In this document: positions 17,494 through 25,850 of the stretch, in pieces | How the letters are laid out: every line of letters starts with the position of its first letter | How positions within the stretch are numbered: the first letter of the stretch is position 1 | DNA from: a virus | DNA: 64,000 nucleotides | Virus record (IMG/VR): IMGVR_UViG_3300018877_000005 | Location: 1,523-65,522 of that record | Reading direction: 5' to 3' (one strand) | Notes under the pieces: model-generated | Seen by the model: the letters and a program-made list of their open reading frames with translations, nothing else | Databases searched by the model: none | What the model was told of the DNA's origin: nothing | Program-made: the position numbers and the translations under genes

Positions 17494-17530
17494 AAAGCCT
17501 CATTAGGTCCAATGGTCCTAGTGAGGCTTT
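17494..17530. promoter_or_regulatory. 37-bp near-palindrome (16/18 arm match) containing the TTAGGTC-N5-GTCCTAG operator
   Basis: AAAGCCTCATTAGGTCCA-A-TGGTCCTAGTGAGGCTTT. Confidence 0.7.
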
Positions 17531-17591
17531 CTGCATTTTTGGGGAGTTGTCCACAGGTGAGGTGGCCTTGACCGGGGACTCGTGGGGAATC

Positions 17592-17864
17592 ATGATTCCC
17601 CACATGGCTGCATGTGATCCCGCCTCGACCATCAAAAGCTCTGCGTTCCTGCGGAAAATCGACCCCGGTAAGAACTGCCACCGCTTTTATGCACTTCTCA
17701 TTGAGCGGGACCTTTTCGGGAATACGTGCCTCGTGCGCCACTATGGCCGGATCGGCACCCAAGGTCATGAAATGGTTGAGTCTTTCCCCTCGGAAGGGGA
17801 GGCGCAACGCGCCCTCGAAAGTCTCCTCCGCCGGAAACTGTCACGCGGATATATCACCCTCTAG
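17592..17864 (+). CDS. Stand-alone WGR-domain protein
   Basis: LRKIDPGKNCHRFYAL..DLFG..LVRHYGRIGTQG..KLSRGY. Confidence 0.85.
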   Translation: MIPHMAACDPASTIKSSAFLRKIDPGKNCHRFYALLIERDLFGNTCLVRHYGRIGTQGHEMVESFPSEGEAQRALESLLRRKLSRGYITL

Positions 17865-18112
17865 TTGATATTGAGCCTTGACGGCGGAGCGATTCCCACG
17901 CTTCCTACGCAATTATTGTTCTGAGAGGAGCGGACACGCTGCGATGAGCTAGAAAAGGAAAGGGCTCCGAGACGGCAATCTCGAAGCCCTTTAAATCCGG
18001 TGGGTTGGTCAACCCCTAAGCAAGAGCGACCTTCCCACAAAATTCGGAACTCGTCAACGGAGATCGATTCTCCGAACGGTCCCTTTTTGTGCAAAGCGCA
18101 GCCCGTAAGGGA

Positions 18113-18772
18113 ATGACGCAAACGAATACCTACGCGGCTATCGAGGCCGCGCTTCGTGCTGACTTGGCGGCACTGCCTCGGTGCCGGGTCCGTGAGGACG
18201 CGCTCAGGATCGGGCTCTTTATCGCCCGCACCCATGCCGCCTATGACCGGCTGTTCACGTTCCCCCGCGAAATCATGGCCGGACACAAGGCGCTCCTGGC
18301 CGCGTGCGGGGAGATGACCGCCTCGCGGGTACGCTCGTGCCTGAAAGCCCTTATCAAGCTCGGATGGATCGAGCAGACGAACGAGGATACGTTCTTCTAT
18401 CGGCGCTTTGGCGTGTGGAAGGACACCCCCAACCAATACCGCTCGGGCTCTAAGCTCTCAGCGTTTTTCCCCGAAACTGCCACGATAAGAGAATCCTCTG
18501 ACGAGATTCTAGAGATAGTGGCAGTTAAGGACCTGCCGCCGATCAAGCCCAAGGGGAAGTCTCGCCGGGCGATCAATCTGGCGCTCAAGCTCAAGCGCCT
18601 CGCGGCGGCCATAGCTCTGCGGAAGGCGGAAGCCGCCAAGCCTCGGGAGCGCCTCTCGCGGCCCGTGATGCCGCACTCGACCGAACAGAGCCCGGCGTTC
18701 AACTCGTGGCTCGACCGGCTGCAAGCGACCCTCGCGCCCAACGCTCTCGCGGCGAGTACCGGATCAGCGTAG
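18113..18772 (+). CDS. Candidate plasmid replication initiator (winged-helix-like), family unassigned
   Basis: TASRVRSCLKALIKLGWIEQ wHTH-like segment, basic C-terminus, position next to the par locus. Confidence 0.4.
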   Translation: MTQTNTYAAIEAALRADLAALPRCRVREDALRIGLFIARTHAAYDRLFTFPREIMAGHKALLAACGEMTASRVRSCLKALIKLGWIEQTNEDTFFYRRFGVWKDTPNQYRSGSKLSAFFPETATIRESSDEILEIVAVKDLPPIKPKGKSRRAINLALKLKRLAAAIALRKAEAAKPRERLSRPVMPHSTEQSPAFNSWLDRLQATLAPNALAASTGSA

Positions 18773-18859
18773 GGGAGGGGGGTTTCACTACGCTTGCTCG
18801 GGAAAAGTCGTGGCAACTCAAGGGCGATATTGGTTAATGAAAATTCATCATTTTTCCGC

Positions 18860-18888
18860 TTGACCTATAGGACTAACGGTCCTATGTA
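18860..18888 (+). promoter_or_regulatory. Promoter TTGACC-N17-TATGTA with operator ATAGGAC-TAACG-GTCCTAT (18867-18885)
   Basis: Read directly. Confidence 0.7.
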
Positions 18889-18913
18889 TAGTTCACCGCA
18901 ACGGAGAACACAC

Positions 18914-19114
18914 ATGACCGAGACAGCCGACGTTGAAGATCGCAAGACAGCCACGGGGAACAAGCTACGCGCCGCCATTGATGCTTTTAACAGCGCGGCC
19001 AGAGAAGCCGCAGATTTGGGTCTCCGTGTGGAGTTGGAGCATCTAGACCTCCGACGGACGGACCTCCCCTTTCCGGTCCCGGTTCTGTCGGTCGAGATTT
19101 ACGAACGGCGGTAA
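18914..19114 (+). CDS. Hypothetical protein (66 aa)
   Basis: GGAG RBS; first gene after the operator-controlled promoter. Confidence 0.65.
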   Translation: MTETADVEDRKTATGNKLRAAIDAFNSAAREAADLGLRVELEHLDLRRTDLPFPVPVLSVEIYERR

Positions 19115-19147
19115 CGCCCCTCCACCCCATCACAGTAGGAAACGATC

Positions 19148-19408
19148 ATGACCGACAAAGAATTCGCCGACGCCCTCAAGTCTGACGCGGGCGAACTCGT
19201 CAAGGTGCTCACCGCAGCCCTCCAGACGGCAGAGCGCCTCGTTATCACCTCGGAGATGCCGGCCCTTGCCACGCAGGACCTCGGCGTCCTTGAGGTGGAA
19301 CTGAGCACCGCTAACCGGCTCTGCAAAGACGCCCGCAAGCTGTTCACGGAAAAGGACGCCTCCGATCTTCTGGAGTCGGAGCCCGCGAGCGGAAGGAACG
19401 CGCTTTGA
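19148..19408 (+). CDS. Hypothetical protein
   Basis: ORF track; AGGA RBS. Confidence 0.6.
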   Translation: MTDKEFADALKSDAGELVKVLTAALQTAERLVITSEMPALATQDLGVLEVELSTANRLCKDARKLFTEKDASDLLESEPASGRNAL

Positions 19409-19617
19409 CACCCGCGCAACTTAGGGCAGGGGCGGCGGAGTCCCGCGCCGTCGCAACGAAGCTCAGTGAGACGGTAGACAAGATCAAGGGACACCCGCTC
19501 ACCGTGGATCAAGCCATAGCCTATCAAACCCTGTCTGCCTTGTTCGCCGGGACGGCTCGCGTCCTCACCGCCATGGCAGACGCCGCAGAACCTCAGAAGG
19601 GGCAAGGCGCAGCATGA
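19405..19617 (+). CDS. Hypothetical protein
   Basis: Overlapping start/stop with neighbours. Confidence 0.5.
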   Translation: MTPAQLRAGAAESRAVATKLSETVDKIKGHPLTVDQAIAYQTLSALFAGTARVLTAMADAAEPQKGQGAA

Positions 19618-19877
19618 CAAAAGAAAAACCAATGACGGCGGCGGAGTACCGTGAGGCGCTCCGCAAGCTCGATCTCTCGCAGGTCTCGGGGGCGACGGTC
19701 CTCGGGATCACCCCGCGATCCTCCAGGCGCTACGCCAGTGACCGCAGGGTGCCGACCAACATAGCGCGGACCCTGCGCTACCTCCTCAAGACCAAGACCG
19801 CGCCAGCGGACTACCTTGCAACTCTCGGGATCAAGGCCGAACTGACGCCCTACCATGAAACGGAGTACGACTCGTGA
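19614..19877 (+). CDS. XRE-like HTH protein (Cro/antirepressor-like)
   Basis: MTAAEYREALRKLDLSQVSGATVLGITPRSSRRYAS. Confidence 0.75.
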   Translation: MTKEKPMTAAEYREALRKLDLSQVSGATVLGITPRSSRRYASDRRVPTNIARTLRYLLKTKTAPADYLATLGIKAELTPYHETEYDS

Positions 19878-20803
19878 CTCTCCTGGCGCAAGAGATACTC
19901 GAACTCGATACCGTTGATCTGAGCGAAAGCTACCCGAATAGGCGGCGTGCAATCTCGATGCTCGCCTACATCCAGGAGCACTTGACCGGGGGGAAGATCA
20001 AGGGTCGCCCCATCCCACGGGCCGAACGCTTCGTGTTCGAGGAATCTCCCACCCGTGCCATGGAGAGATTGATCGAGGTCGGGCAAATCGAATACCCAAG
20101 CATTCTGCCAACACTCCGATACCCTTTCGAGAGCATGTGGTTTGAATGGCCGATTGAGCAGGACGGACTCAAAGGGCGTGAAGGGATACACGTTGATTCT
20201 CGCTTCGTCGGCTCGACAGGTGAGGGCGCATGGAAGGGCTTCAACTCGCTCCTACCTGTCCGAATGAGCCTAATCCGCCGCTTTGACGGCGCGGGTGTTC
20301 CGGTCAACGTGTTCCCCGTCGCCCACGGTCTTTATGCGCCCCTGCCTCGGGAGGAAGGTGAGGGGGATCAAGTGCGGAAGCATTTTTCTCTCCGAAAGGA
20401 GATGGGGGTTGATCTTGAGCATGACGATGACGAGTTCGCCTATCTGAGAACCGCCGTGGAGGTGGCGATCTTCCTCCTGATAACCCCTCGCGTGGCGCAG
20501 CAACATGAAGTCACTCATGGTCCGGCAATCCAGAAGAAGCGGGTCATGCGGGGGAAGCCACCCCTCGTTGACTATAAGAGGGTGACGCTCACGGTCGGCG
20601 TCCGCTCTCCGACATCACCACGGTCGGCGATCTCGTCAGGCAACGCCGCCGCGCAACGCAAGCTGCATCCGGTCATGGGCCACTTCCGCACCTATACTGA
20701 GGGGCGGGAGACTCCCAAAATCTCGTGGGTTCTGCCTCACTGGCGCGGCGATCCCGAACTCGGCGTCGTGCATAGAACCCGCAACGTGAAGGTGCCGAAA
20801 TGA
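19874..20803 (+). CDS. Conserved phage hypothetical protein
   Basis: C-terminal HPVMGHFR..WVLPHWRGD motif common in phage proteins. Confidence 0.65.
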   Translation: MTLLAQEILELDTVDLSESYPNRRRAISMLAYIQEHLTGGKIKGRPIPRAERFVFEESPTRAMERLIEVGQIEYPSILPTLRYPFESMWFEWPIEQDGLKGREGIHVDSRFVGSTGEGAWKGFNSLLPVRMSLIRRFDGAGVPVNVFPVAHGLYAPLPREEGEGDQVRKHFSLRKEMGVDLEHDDDEFAYLRTAVEVAIFLLITPRVAQQHEVTHGPAIQKKRVMRGKPPLVDYKRVTLTVGVRSPTSPRSAISSGNAAAQRKLHPVMGHFRTYTEGRETPKISWVLPHWRGDPELGVVHRTRNVKVPK

Positions 20804-21066
20804 TCGACCCCTTGAGATGGGAGCAGCAATCCGAGGGCTCATGGTACGGCTATAGCGGCAAGATGGTTGTCGCTATGGTGGTGCGACGTGCCGAGGGGGA
20901 GTGGGCGTGGGAAGTCTCGGGCGGTCGCGTGCCGCACGGATGGAAGAACTACGGTGGGACGCGGACGGAGAGGTTCGCCAAGCGTGCCGCAAGCGACTAC
21001 TGGCGGGAATGGCTCGATCACGTCGGGCTTATGCCCTACAGCCCAACGGAAGGGGGAGAGGAATGA
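20800..21066 (+). CDS. Hypothetical Trp-rich protein
   Basis: ATGA overlap with the previous gene. Confidence 0.6.
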   Translation: MIDPLRWEQQSEGSWYGYSGKMVVAMVVRRAEGEWAWEVSGGRVPHGWKNYGGTRTERFAKRAASDYWREWLDHVGLMPYSPTEGGEE

Positions 21067-21233
21067 GTATAGGTGGCGGGAAGAAGATCAAACAGACGCA
21101 GCAACCGCAGGTCGGGTGGTCGAAGGCCATGAAAGCGGTCGCGTCCCGATTCCAGACCATTGACGAGAGGGCGCAGGAACGGGCGCAGCGCATAAAGGAC
21201 CGTCTTGCGGCGCGGGACAAAGATCAAGGGTGA
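21063..21233 (+). CDS. Small basic hypothetical protein (56 aa)
   Basis: ATGA overlap, GAGG RBS. Confidence 0.45.
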   Translation: MSIGGGKKIKQTQQPQVGWSKAMKAVASRFQTIDERAQERAQRIKDRLAARDKDQG

Positions 21234-21251
21234 GGCGGGCGGCGTGTTCGT

Positions 21252-21293
21252 CTGACATGGAAAGGGGCGCTTCGGCGTCCCTTTCCATGTCAG
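21252..21293. terminator. 19-bp stem with UUCG loop, terminator-like
   Basis: ctgacatggaaaggggcgc-ttcg-gcgtccctttccatgtcag. Confidence 0.65.
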
Positions 21294-21388
21294 GGGATGC
21301 CATGTTGTCGCATGTCGTCCCAAAACCAGGCTTGAATGTCACCATTAAAGTGACTATACAACTGTCCATTGAGACAACATGGGACACC

Positions 21389-21619
21389 ATGACAACCATT
21401 GACACAAGAGACGAGGACCTGCGCCTCCTGCGGATCGATCAAGTCTTAGAGCTTGTTCCGTTCGCCCGCTCGTCCCTCTATCGCGCAATCAAGGCGGGGG
21501 AGTTCCCGGCCCCGATCAAGTTCGGCGGCGTGTCGCTTTGGAGCAATCAGGAAATCCGCGCCTGGAAAGGCCGCCTCATGGCGTCCCGGTTCGACCGCGA
21601 CAATGACGACTTAGTGTGA
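21389..21619 (+). CDS. alpA: AlpA/excisionase-like DNA-binding protein
   Basis: RLLRIDQVLELVPFARSSLYRAIKAGEFPAPIKFG..LW. Confidence 0.85.
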   Translation: MTTIDTRDEDLRLLRIDQVLELVPFARSSLYRAIKAGEFPAPIKFGGVSLWSNQEIRAWKGRLMASRFDRDNDDLV

Positions 21620-21623
21620 CGGT

Positions 21624-22247
21624 ATGGCTCGGAGAGATGATGATCTGATAGGCGGGGGTGAGCCCGTCGAACAAGTGTCCCTGCGGACGGCGGACGTTCA
21701 TAGCGTCCTCGGCGGCGTGTCGGTCCCGTGGCTCATGAAGGCGTTCCGCATGGGGCGCGGCACGGTCGAGAAGAAGTTGCGCGGATGCCAGCCCATCGGC
21801 CACGGCAAGCACAACACGCCCCTCTATGACCTGCCGGAAGCGGCGAGCTACCTCGTCAAGCCTCGCGTCAACATGGAGGAGTACCTTCGCAGCCTGAAGC
21901 CTGACAACCTGCCTGAGCGGCTGCGCGAGAGCTATTGGAGCGCCAAGCTCAAAGAGCAGCGGTGGCGCGAAAAGGCCGGCGATCTCTGGCGCACCTCGGA
22001 CGTGCTGACCGTGTTCGGTGAGGTGCTCCAAAACATGCGGACCCGGCTCCAACTCCTGCCGGACGCCATCGAACGCGCAGCCGGACTCGATGAGCGCCAG
22101 TTCGCAGCCGCCAGGGCGGCGGTCGATGAGGTTCAGGACGACATCTATCAGGAGCTTCAATCCCTCGCCAAGACCGGCAGGACCTTGAGCCAACTCGGGG
22201 AAGAGGAGGGTGGCGATACTCGGGACGATGAGGACGATCTGATATGA
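21624..22247 (+). CDS. terS: Terminase small subunit (Chi-like/DUF1441-like)
   Basis: Directly upstream of TerL; N-terminal wHTH-like region, helical C-terminus. Confidence 0.75.
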   Translation: MARRDDDLIGGGEPVEQVSLRTADVHSVLGGVSVPWLMKAFRMGRGTVEKKLRGCQPIGHGKHNTPLYDLPEAASYLVKPRVNMEEYLRSLKPDNLPERLRESYWSAKLKEQRWREKAGDLWRTSDVLTVFGEVLQNMRTRLQLLPDAIERAAGLDERQFAAARAAVDEVQDDIYQELQSLAKTGRTLSQLGEEEGGDTRDDEDDLI

Positions 22248-24322
22248 CCTATCACACCATGGAGGAGATGCTGCGCTCGACCGCCGAGGCGATCCGACCC
22301 CCCGAGCGGCTCACCGTGTCCGAGGCGGCAGAGAAGTACCGTCAACTGAACAACCCCGGCCACTATGTCGGCCCGTGGGACAACTCCATGGCCCCGTACC
22401 TCACGGAAATCATGGATGAGATGAACTCACTCGATTACACGGGCTTGATCTTCGCCGGCCCCGCCCGTTGTGGCAAGTCGGACATCTTTTTCAACTGGCT
22501 CACGCACATTTCGATCTGCGACCCGTCCGACACCATGCTCGTGCATATGACGCAGAGCACGGCCCGAGATTGGTCACAAGGCGACCTGCGCAAGTTCTTC
22601 CGCACGACCAAGGAAGTCGGTAAGCGCGTCACGCCGGGCCGTCAGAACATGAACGTGCATGACATCCGGTTCCTGAGCGGAATGCGGCTTCTCGTGAAGT
22701 GGCCGACCATCACCGAACTGTCGGGAAAGACCATCCGCAATCTGTGGTGCATGGACTATGATCGTATGCCGCAGGACGTGGACAAGGAAGGGACCCCCTT
22801 CGACCTCGCCCGCAAGCGTGCTCAGACCTTCAAGCGGTACGGCATGGCCGTCGCGGAAAGCTCGCCGGGCTACGAGATCACCAATCACCGTTGGGTGGCG
22901 CAGACGCCGCACGAGGCCCCTCCGACCGAAGGAATCCTCTCGCTCTACAACCGTGGCGACCGCCGTCGGTTCTACTGGCGTTGCGCCCAATGCAAGCGGG
23001 CGTTCGAGGGTGACTTCAAGTGCATCTCCTACCCCGACTCCAAGGATCATCTCGAAGCCGCCGAGATGGCGACCCTCGATTGCCCCTACCTCGATTGCGG
23101 CTACTCGCACACCCATGAGCCCGGCCCCGGCCAGCCCGGCAAGCATGAACTCAACTACTATGGGAAGTGGATCAAGGACGGGCAGAAGTGGGACGATGAC
23201 GGTTCCGTCGTGGGGGAGGCCGCCCGCTCGGACATCGCGAGCTTTTGGCTCAAGGGCGTGGCCGCTGCCTTCGTAGATTGGAAGTCGCTGGTATTCAAAT
23301 ACCTCAAAGCCATGGAGGAGTTCGAGCGCACCGGATCGGACTCGGCGCTCAAGACGACCGTCAACACGGACCAGGGCCTTCCGTACCTCCCGCCGTCCCT
23401 CGAAGGTGAGCGTCTACCGGAAGACCTGAAAAAGCGGGCGACCGATCTCGGGGAGCAGGTTGTCCCGGCAGGCGTCCGGTTCCTCGTGGCGTCCATCGAC
23501 GTGCAGAAACGACGCTTCGAGGTGCAGGTCCACGGTATCGGCGTTGGCGGCGACATCACGGTCATCGACCGCTTCAACATCAAAAAGTCGAACCGTAAGG
23601 ACGAGGACGGTGAGCGGCTTCCGCTGAGCCCGGCGAGCCACCTCGAAGATTGGCAGTTGCTTGTCGAGGCGGTGATCGAGAAAACCTACCCGCTCGGGGA
23701 CGGCTCGGGCCGACACATGAAGATCAAGGTGATTGGCTGCGACTCGGGCGGTCGCGCAGGCACCACGGCAAAGGCTTACGAGTTCTGGCGGTGGCTCAGG
23801 GACGAGCATCCCGGCCAACATCATCTGCGGTTCCAATTGCTGAAGGGTGAGCCGAACGCCGCCGCTCCTCGCGCCCGCATCTCCTATCCCGACTCGGATC
23901 GCAAGGACCGCAGGGCAGGGGCTCGCGGCGAGGTGCCGGTGCTCATGCTCAATTCCAACGCGATCAAGGATCAAGTTCACGCCATGCTCGGACGCACGGA
24001 GCCGTTCGGCGGCTGCGTCAACTTTCCCGATTGGCTCGAAATGTGGTTCTACATGGAACTCACGGCGGAGATCAGAACCCCGAAGGGGTGGGACAACCCG
24101 AAGAAGCAGCGCAACGAAGCCTGGGACCTGCTTTACTACTGCGTCGGAGTGTGCCTGTCCCGGCACGTCAAGGTTGAATCAATCGATTGGGATACCCCGC
24201 CCGCGTGGGCGAAGGAATGGGACGAAAACGATATGGTGTTCTCACCGGAGGAAGCGAAGCCGTTCGAGCAACAAGGCTCCAGAACGGTCGATCTGGCCGC
24301 TCTCGGGCGGACTCTTGCCTAG
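22244..24322 (+). CDS. terL: Terminase large subunit, lambda gpA family
   Basis: GPARCGKS, MDYDR, ESSPG, RRRFYWRCAQC, SIDVQ, NEAWDLLYY. Confidence 0.95.
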   Translation: MTYHTMEEMLRSTAEAIRPPERLTVSEAAEKYRQLNNPGHYVGPWDNSMAPYLTEIMDEMNSLDYTGLIFAGPARCGKSDIFFNWLTHISICDPSDTMLVHMTQSTARDWSQGDLRKFFRTTKEVGKRVTPGRQNMNVHDIRFLSGMRLLVKWPTITELSGKTIRNLWCMDYDRMPQDVDKEGTPFDLARKRAQTFKRYGMAVAESSPGYEITNHRWVAQTPHEAPPTEGILSLYNRGDRRRFYWRCAQCKRAFEGDFKCISYPDSKDHLEAAEMATLDCPYLDCGYSHTHEPGPGQPGKHELNYYGKWIKDGQKWDDDGSVVGEAARSDIASFWLKGVAAAFVDWKSLVFKYLKAMEEFERTGSDSALKTTVNTDQGLPYLPPSLEGERLPEDLKKRATDLGEQVVPAGVRFLVASIDVQKRRFEVQVHGIGVGGDITVIDRFNIKKSNRKDEDGERLPLSPASHLEDWQLLVEAVIEKTYPLGDGSGRHMKIKVIGCDSGGRAGTTAKAYEFWRWLRDEHPGQHHLRFQLLKGEPNAAAPRARISYPDSDRKDRRAGARGEVPVLMLNSNAIKDQVHAMLGRTEPFGGCVNFPDWLEMWFYMELTAEIRTPKGWDNPKKQRNEAWDLLYYCVGVCLSRHVKVESIDWDTPPAWAKEWDENDMVFSPEEAKPFEQQGSRTVDLAALGRTLA

Positions 24323-24388
24323 AAAGTCACTAAAAGGTTGAAGATACACCTATGACGTGGCACCCTGCAAGCCAAATGGAGGCCCTTT

Positions 24389-25537
24389 ATGGCTAAACGA
24401 AACAAGGATGATTTATCCTCCAAGCGGCCTTTGTCGCAGGACGATAACAAGATTACACGGGCGACCCGAAAGCAGGTGCTCGATGACCTGCGCAAGATGG
24501 CGACGGACAACCCCGACAAGGTGATCTCGCGCAACTTCTACCGGATCAACTCGCAGTACGCGGAATCGGCCTGGAACGCGCATTTCGGCACCTTCGCGGA
24601 GTTCAAGCGACATGCCGGCATCACGCTCTCGCGCCACGCCCACCGCATGGAAAAGGACATCGCGAAGCACGCCTCGAAGGACCTGCAACGGCAGATGACC
24701 GGCGAGAAGATGGGCTATGAGGGCAAGTATCTCCGCCCGTGCAACAAGCGGTTTCAGACCATCGTCAATGTGTCGGACCTGCACGACATCACTTGCGACC
24801 CGTTCTTGCGCCGTCTCTTCATTGAGGCGTGTCGGCGTATCAAGCCGGAAAAGATCGTGCTCAATGGCGATACCTTCGATCTGCCCGAGTTCGGCAAATA
24901 CACGCAGGACCCTCGCGCCTACAAGCTCATCGAGCGCGTCGAGTGGGTGCATACCCTCCTCAAAGAGCTTCGCGAGATTTGCCCCGAGGCGGAAATCGTC
25001 ATGGTGGAGGGCAATCACGAGTTTCGCTTGATCCGGCATCTGACGGAGGCCACGCCCGCCCTCGTGACGGTGCTCTCCGATCTGCACGGCTTTACCGTCG
25101 CCTCGCTCCTCGGCCTCGACAAGTTCGAGGTGAACTACGTCGCCAGGATGGACTTGGCCGCCTTCAATGAGCGCGACATCAAATCGGAACTCGCCAAGAA
25201 CTACTTCATCGCCTATGACGCGGTGCTGTTCCATCACTTCCCCGAAGGTGCGAAGATGGGCTATCCCGGCACCAACGGGCACCATCACAAGTACCAAGCC
25301 GCCTCGTACTATTCCCCGATCTTCGGCCCCTATCAGTGGGTGCAGACCGGCTCAGGGCATATGCGTTCGGCCTCGTACTGCGCGGCGGAGAAGTGGTCGA
25401 ACGGCTTCCTCGTGATCCACGTCGATACGCACACCCGGCATAGCGTGTTCGAGTACGTGGACATTCGAGACTTCGCGGTCCTGGGCGGCGAGTTCTACAC
25501 CCGCCAGGAGGGGGAGGGCGTCTATCCCTTGCGGTAG
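24389..25537 (+). CDS. Calcineurin-like metallophosphoesterase with an N-terminal homing-endonuclease-repeat-like domain
   Basis: SDLH, LNGDTFD, EGNHE, FHH, GHHH; N-terminal W..HFGTFAEF...AG. Confidence 0.8.
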   Translation: MAKRNKDDLSSKRPLSQDDNKITRATRKQVLDDLRKMATDNPDKVISRNFYRINSQYAESAWNAHFGTFAEFKRHAGITLSRHAHRMEKDIAKHASKDLQRQMTGEKMGYEGKYLRPCNKRFQTIVNVSDLHDITCDPFLRRLFIEACRRIKPEKIVLNGDTFDLPEFGKYTQDPRAYKLIERVEWVHTLLKELREICPEAEIVMVEGNHEFRLIRHLTEATPALVTVLSDLHGFTVASLLGLDKFEVNYVARMDLAAFNERDIKSELAKNYFIAYDAVLFHHFPEGAKMGYPGTNGHHHKYQAASYYSPIFGPYQWVQTGSGHMRSASYCAAEKWSNGFLVIHVDTHTRHSVFEYVDIRDFAVLGGEFYTRQEGEGVYPLR

Positions 25538-25613
25538 CTTTGGGTGGAATGTCACTATTAAGTTGAAATGGCAACTGTGCCGTGTTACAGCGGACAAATC
25601 AGACAGGTGGGGC

Positions 25614-25850
25614 ATGGTTTTAACGGCTGAACAGAGGGTAGTGCTGACCGCTCGGCTCGCGGAAGCCGAGAAGGCTTACCATGAGCTACAGACCGGCCAG
25701 CAGGCCCGCGTCCTCGTGGATCAGTCGGGTGAGCGCATTGAGTTCACGCCGGCCACCGCGTCTCGCCTCGCGGCCTACATCACGGACCTGAAGCGGCAAC
25801 TCGGGATGCTCGGCATCTCGTCCACGGGTCCTATGGGGTACTGGTTCTAA
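25614..25850 (+). CDS. Head completion protein gpW-like
   Basis: LAEAEKAYHELQTG..GERIEF..LAAYITDLKRQL; immediately before the portal. Confidence 0.85.
   Translation: MVLTAEQRVVLTARLAEAEKAYHELQTGQQARVLVDQSGERIEFTPATASRLAAYITDLKRQLGMLGISSTGPMGYWF

Noticed and set aside
17240-17530. Palindromes as a protelomerase telRL site (linear N15-like plasmid)
   Set aside because: Both have a loop or an odd centre with mismatches, and no protelomerase gene is visible
21389-21619. AlpA/Xis-like gene as evidence of chromosomal integration
   Set aside because: No integrase or att-like duplication in the window; AlpA proteins have other roles
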